A stretch of DNA of 48,734 nt, the filler included, from Streblomastix strix (lineage: Eukaryota): assembly GCA_008636045.1 (NCBI GenBank). It is 2 parts of 2 records of this genome, joined end to end, with 100 filler letters (N's around TTAATTAATTAA, not from the genome) between each part and the next. Parts side by side here need not be neighbours in the genome. Positions count along the whole stretch, not along the records: positions 24,419 to 48,734 come from SNRW01000240.1; 1 more part is not named here. One strand, written 5' to 3'. The position numbers were made by a program, and so were the translations under genes. The first letter of the stretch is position 1. The number at the start of each line of letters is the position of its first letter. The notes beneath the pieces are model-generated. The model searched no databases. It was not told where the DNA came from and saw only the letters and a program-made list of their open reading frames with translations. Shown piece after piece: positions 44,826 through 48,734 of the stretch.

Positions 44826-45566
44826 ATTATGAAAAAATGAATAATATTTGATAAAATATGATTTTGAAAAATACAAATAATTTATTATTATGATAAATTA
44901 TATAAATTGTAAATGAAAGAAAATTATTAATCATATTAATCTTTGTATTATTATATAGGTTCCAGACACATTATATGATAATGAGGGAAAAGATTATATT
45001 TATTATTATAATTGAAAGATATTTATTCAATCTTAAATCAAACGAATTGAAAGAGAAAGAAATAATATATGTATCCTTTTTTCATTATTTAAACTTTATT
45101 TATAATAATTTATTTATTTATTTATATATTTATTTCTTAGTCTATTTATTATTAATATACTATTAAATATTATTAAAATAGCATTGAAATAGATGGAGAT
45201 AGTGAATGAACATTTCGAGATGAATCATTGAAAATGATTTGCTAATTTGAGTTCTGAAAATATGTCATTTATTTTGAATCACGCTTTTTTGTATTTTCTG
45301 CGGTATTTGCAAATCTGCAGTTTTATATAATTTTCACTTTATTTTTACATAATTATTTTATAAATAAAAATGAATGAGAAAATTCAATACATTTTGTGGA
45401 AATTTAAAATTTTTTCACGTTTATGTCGATGAGTAAGCAGTATGAGACTTTGCAAATATATACAATTTTCTATTTATTAGTATTTATTCATCAAATTTAA
45501 TGAAGATTTTGGAAGAAACCACGGCAGGTCCTTATTGAACCACTTGATCATTAATAAAAGAACCTT

Positions 45567-48500
45567 ATGCTTATGGCCCCTCCATCAGCTTTAATAACAT
45601 AAAATTTAGAAGTTATGCAGTAGCAACCGCAAAGAATTACTCCTTCTACTTCATAACAACATCTAGATCCCCAAATATAACCAATTAAATCTCAAAAAGT
45701 TTTCACAGTCGTTTCTTCAACACCAGCTCATATTGAGAGAGATTAATTTCATTAAACAACCCCATTTCCTCTATAATAATCGATTACTCCACCACCAGAG
45801 CTATTTATACAGCGACCTCCTCTACCACAAATGGCTATAGCTCCTCAAATGACACCCAAACCAACCACACAACCATGGCCTTAACTTCAGTAATAAAATT
45901 AAGCTCATAAACTTATAATGCAACTTCAAACTCCATCGCCTGGCTTGTTTGCTTATCCAGCTCAACCTCAATAACCTCAAATTCTTACTCAACCTAATCC
46001 TGTACAAATCTCTATTCATCCATAACATAGAGCATCTCTTTCACTTCCATCAATCTCAAGTCTTTCAATATCAAATTAAACGTAGAACAGATTACAATAG
46101 CCTTCTACATAATTAGATCAGCATATATAACTCAACTAAGGTCCAAGATTTATTGATATTTCAGATCTATGTGAAGAAAAAGAAGAAGTTGGAAAGGGAG
46201 GATCTGGAATTGTATATAAAGCGATTACTAATGATGGAATGCATGTTGCTTTAAAGAAAATCAAACTCAAATCTAAGGAATTTGTAAAGATGGCAAGAGA
46301 AGAAGTCGAAATATTACAAAAGCTAAGAGGAAGATCTGGAATCATATAATTGCTTAACAATCCACCGCTAACACAATTTAAAGTATGAATAAATGAATAA
46401 TATATATTTATCATTTTATTAATCCTTATAAATTAATATTTTTAATCAATAATGAATAATAACAGGAGAATGCAGAATTAGAACTTATATTTGAATGGGG
46501 AGAAGGTGGAGACATGGCATAGAGACTTTAAAAGCACAATAATTAGAAATAATCTCTTTCATCTGCTTCAGGATAGATTAGGTATTATTTATTATTATCA
46601 AGTAGAATATGTTAAATTTAACCTTTAATATCTTCTTTTACTAAATCATTAATAGATATCCAATTATGCCTTCATTAGAACTTCAATAGTGTTGGAGAGA
46701 AATGTTGGAATCTATTTCTTAGGTATATATTAATTTTTTAATTTTATTATAAATTGAATTTAATTTAATATAATAATAAGGTTCATTCATTTGGAAGAGG
46801 AATTGTTCATGGAGATCTTAAACCAGCTAATTTCTTATTTGTTGAGGGAAAGCTAAAGCTAATAGATTTTGGAATTGCGAAGGTTTTATAATTAATTTAT
46901 AAATATAATAATAAATTATTGAGACTAAGAAAACCAGTTTTAAATGCAATATCAATTTTTTATTTTTCAATATATTATTTATTAAATATGTAGACAATTG
47001 AAGATAATACAGTTCATGCTTAATAGTAAGAAGGAGTAGGAACATATAATTATATTTCACCAGAAGCCCTTGGTTGGGGAAAAGCTGATAATGGTATTAT
47101 AAAATACAAATATATACAAATTATTATTATAATTATTAAATTAACACATTATTTATTTATTCATTCATTAAACATATAATGATATATTTATATTCAAGGT
47201 CTTCCTGATAATAGAGTTAAGCTTGGTTTGGAGTCAGATATCTGGTCGCTAGGAATGATATTATATGAAATGATATTTGGAAAACCTTATTATAGTAATT
47301 TAAGATGTATAATTATATTTTTAAGATTTTTATTATACATGTTCTTTATTCATTAAACTATTCTTTTATCTATTTTCTTTCTTTAAAATTTAGCATAATA
47401 GAAAGTTGCTGCAATAATATCAGAAGCATAAGTTATTATTCCTCCAGTTCCTGCTGAAATTTATGAATATAAACTTTTATTAGAGAAAATACTAATTAAA
47501 GACCCTAATAAGTATATATTGATTATTAATAATTAAAAGAAATCATAAAAAATGAAATTTCAAATTAATTAATTAACAAATAATAAATAGATTATATACA
47601 TTAGTTAAATAACTTACTTATATTATTTATGTTATTCTTTAAATTTGTAGAAGACCAACAATATAATAACTTTTGACTAATCTAATACCTCAATTGTATA
47701 TTAGTGAAAACTCAGTAAAGAAAATGATTTCACATGTATGTAATAAAATATTATCAATTTGTCATTGATATTTATTTATTTAATATTATAAATTATCATT
47801 TAAAATAGGCAATGAATTCTGCTGCTGTAGAGACAATTGAATGGTTTACTAGAAATATGGAGAAAAAATATTAAAAACTGTCTAATGATCAATTAAATGT
47901 ATATAATATTTTTATTAATTCAATATAATCAATTCCTTTCATTCTATTTATTATTTTTATTTATTTAACTTTTAATGTAAGCATTAATAATAGAAACAAA
48001 TTAATCTTACATCAGGAATTACTTCTATTATATCAAATAATTCATCATCATCTTAATATTAATTATTATCTAATATTAATTCTTAATAAAATATGAATTA
48101 ATAAGAATAAAATACTCAAATGGAAAAGGATATCAATTAGGACGAGGAGAATAAAGAAGGAGGAAGATAAGAAAATGAATAAATATTGAAAAATAACAAA
48201 AATAAAGTAATAATACAAAAATAAGATGAAAAACAAACTTTTTCAATGATGTAAAGTAATAACAATATTGGTAATATAAACGAACTTAATGAAATTAATG
48301 ATTTAAGTTAAATGTTAATGGATGCAATGAATGAAGTCAAAATAGTAACAAGAAAATTTTTAGATAATTGTTTAATATTTTATTATATAATAATAATTTA
48401 ATTTAGATTAATACTCCAATATTAACTTTTTATTATATTTATTCTTATTATCTATCAAATATAAATTTCAGAATTAAGACATTAAATTAATAATAATTAA

Positions 48501-48679
48501 AATGGGTCTGAAGTACGCCTATTCCCATTCTTTAGACCAGAATTAGTATCTCAAATAATAAATTTATAGTTATAATATAAATATTTAATTATTTCATTAT
48601 TTAATTTATTTTGATATGTACTATTTAGGCTGTCAAATTTGTTGAAGATGCAATTTCACTTCGTAGATCTTATAAATGA
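45567..48679 (+). CDS. MPS1: Mps1/TTK-like protein kinase, multi-exon; start uncertain
   Basis: [76 protein letters not shown]. Confidence 0.8.
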
Positions 48680-48734
48680 AGAGGATATTAATCATTATAA
48701 ATTAAGATTTTTATTAATTTCTATACAATAAATA

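Noticed and set aside
44959..45208. Small exon-like segments before the kinase
   Set aside because: Splice-like signals but no start or recognisable product.

Overview
Very AT-rich eukaryotic DNA with GT-AG introns, read with a non-standard nuclear code (TAA/TAG = Gln, TGA the only stop). The supplied standard-code ORF track is therefore mostly artefactual. Code, intron style and content point to a metamonad, most likely the oxymonad Streblomastix (inference). An N-flanked TTAATTAATTAA linker at 24319-24418 shows the window joins two separate contigs. Left contig: a >2280-codon low-complexity gene, an orphan 3' exon of a bacterial-type MetE-like methyltransferase and an RRM gene. These are followed by a ~12.7 kb intronless, decaying endogenous Polinton/Maverick-like virus (~11640-24318) encoding a protein-primed PolB, retroviral-type integrase, packaging ATPase, probable capsid C-terminus, Prim-Pol primase, a small membrane protein and two proteins with bacteriophage tail-fibre-type motifs, all in the host code. 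Right contig: host genes (ABCE1/RLI 3' part, MORN-repeat protein, CDK9/12-like kinase, a signal-peptide protein bracketed by 592-bp direct repeats, Topors-like RING ligase, a TUTase/non-canonical poly(A) polymerase with an in-frame TGA, Mps1/TTK-like kinase). All translations were done by hand; family calls come from motif recognition, not database searches.
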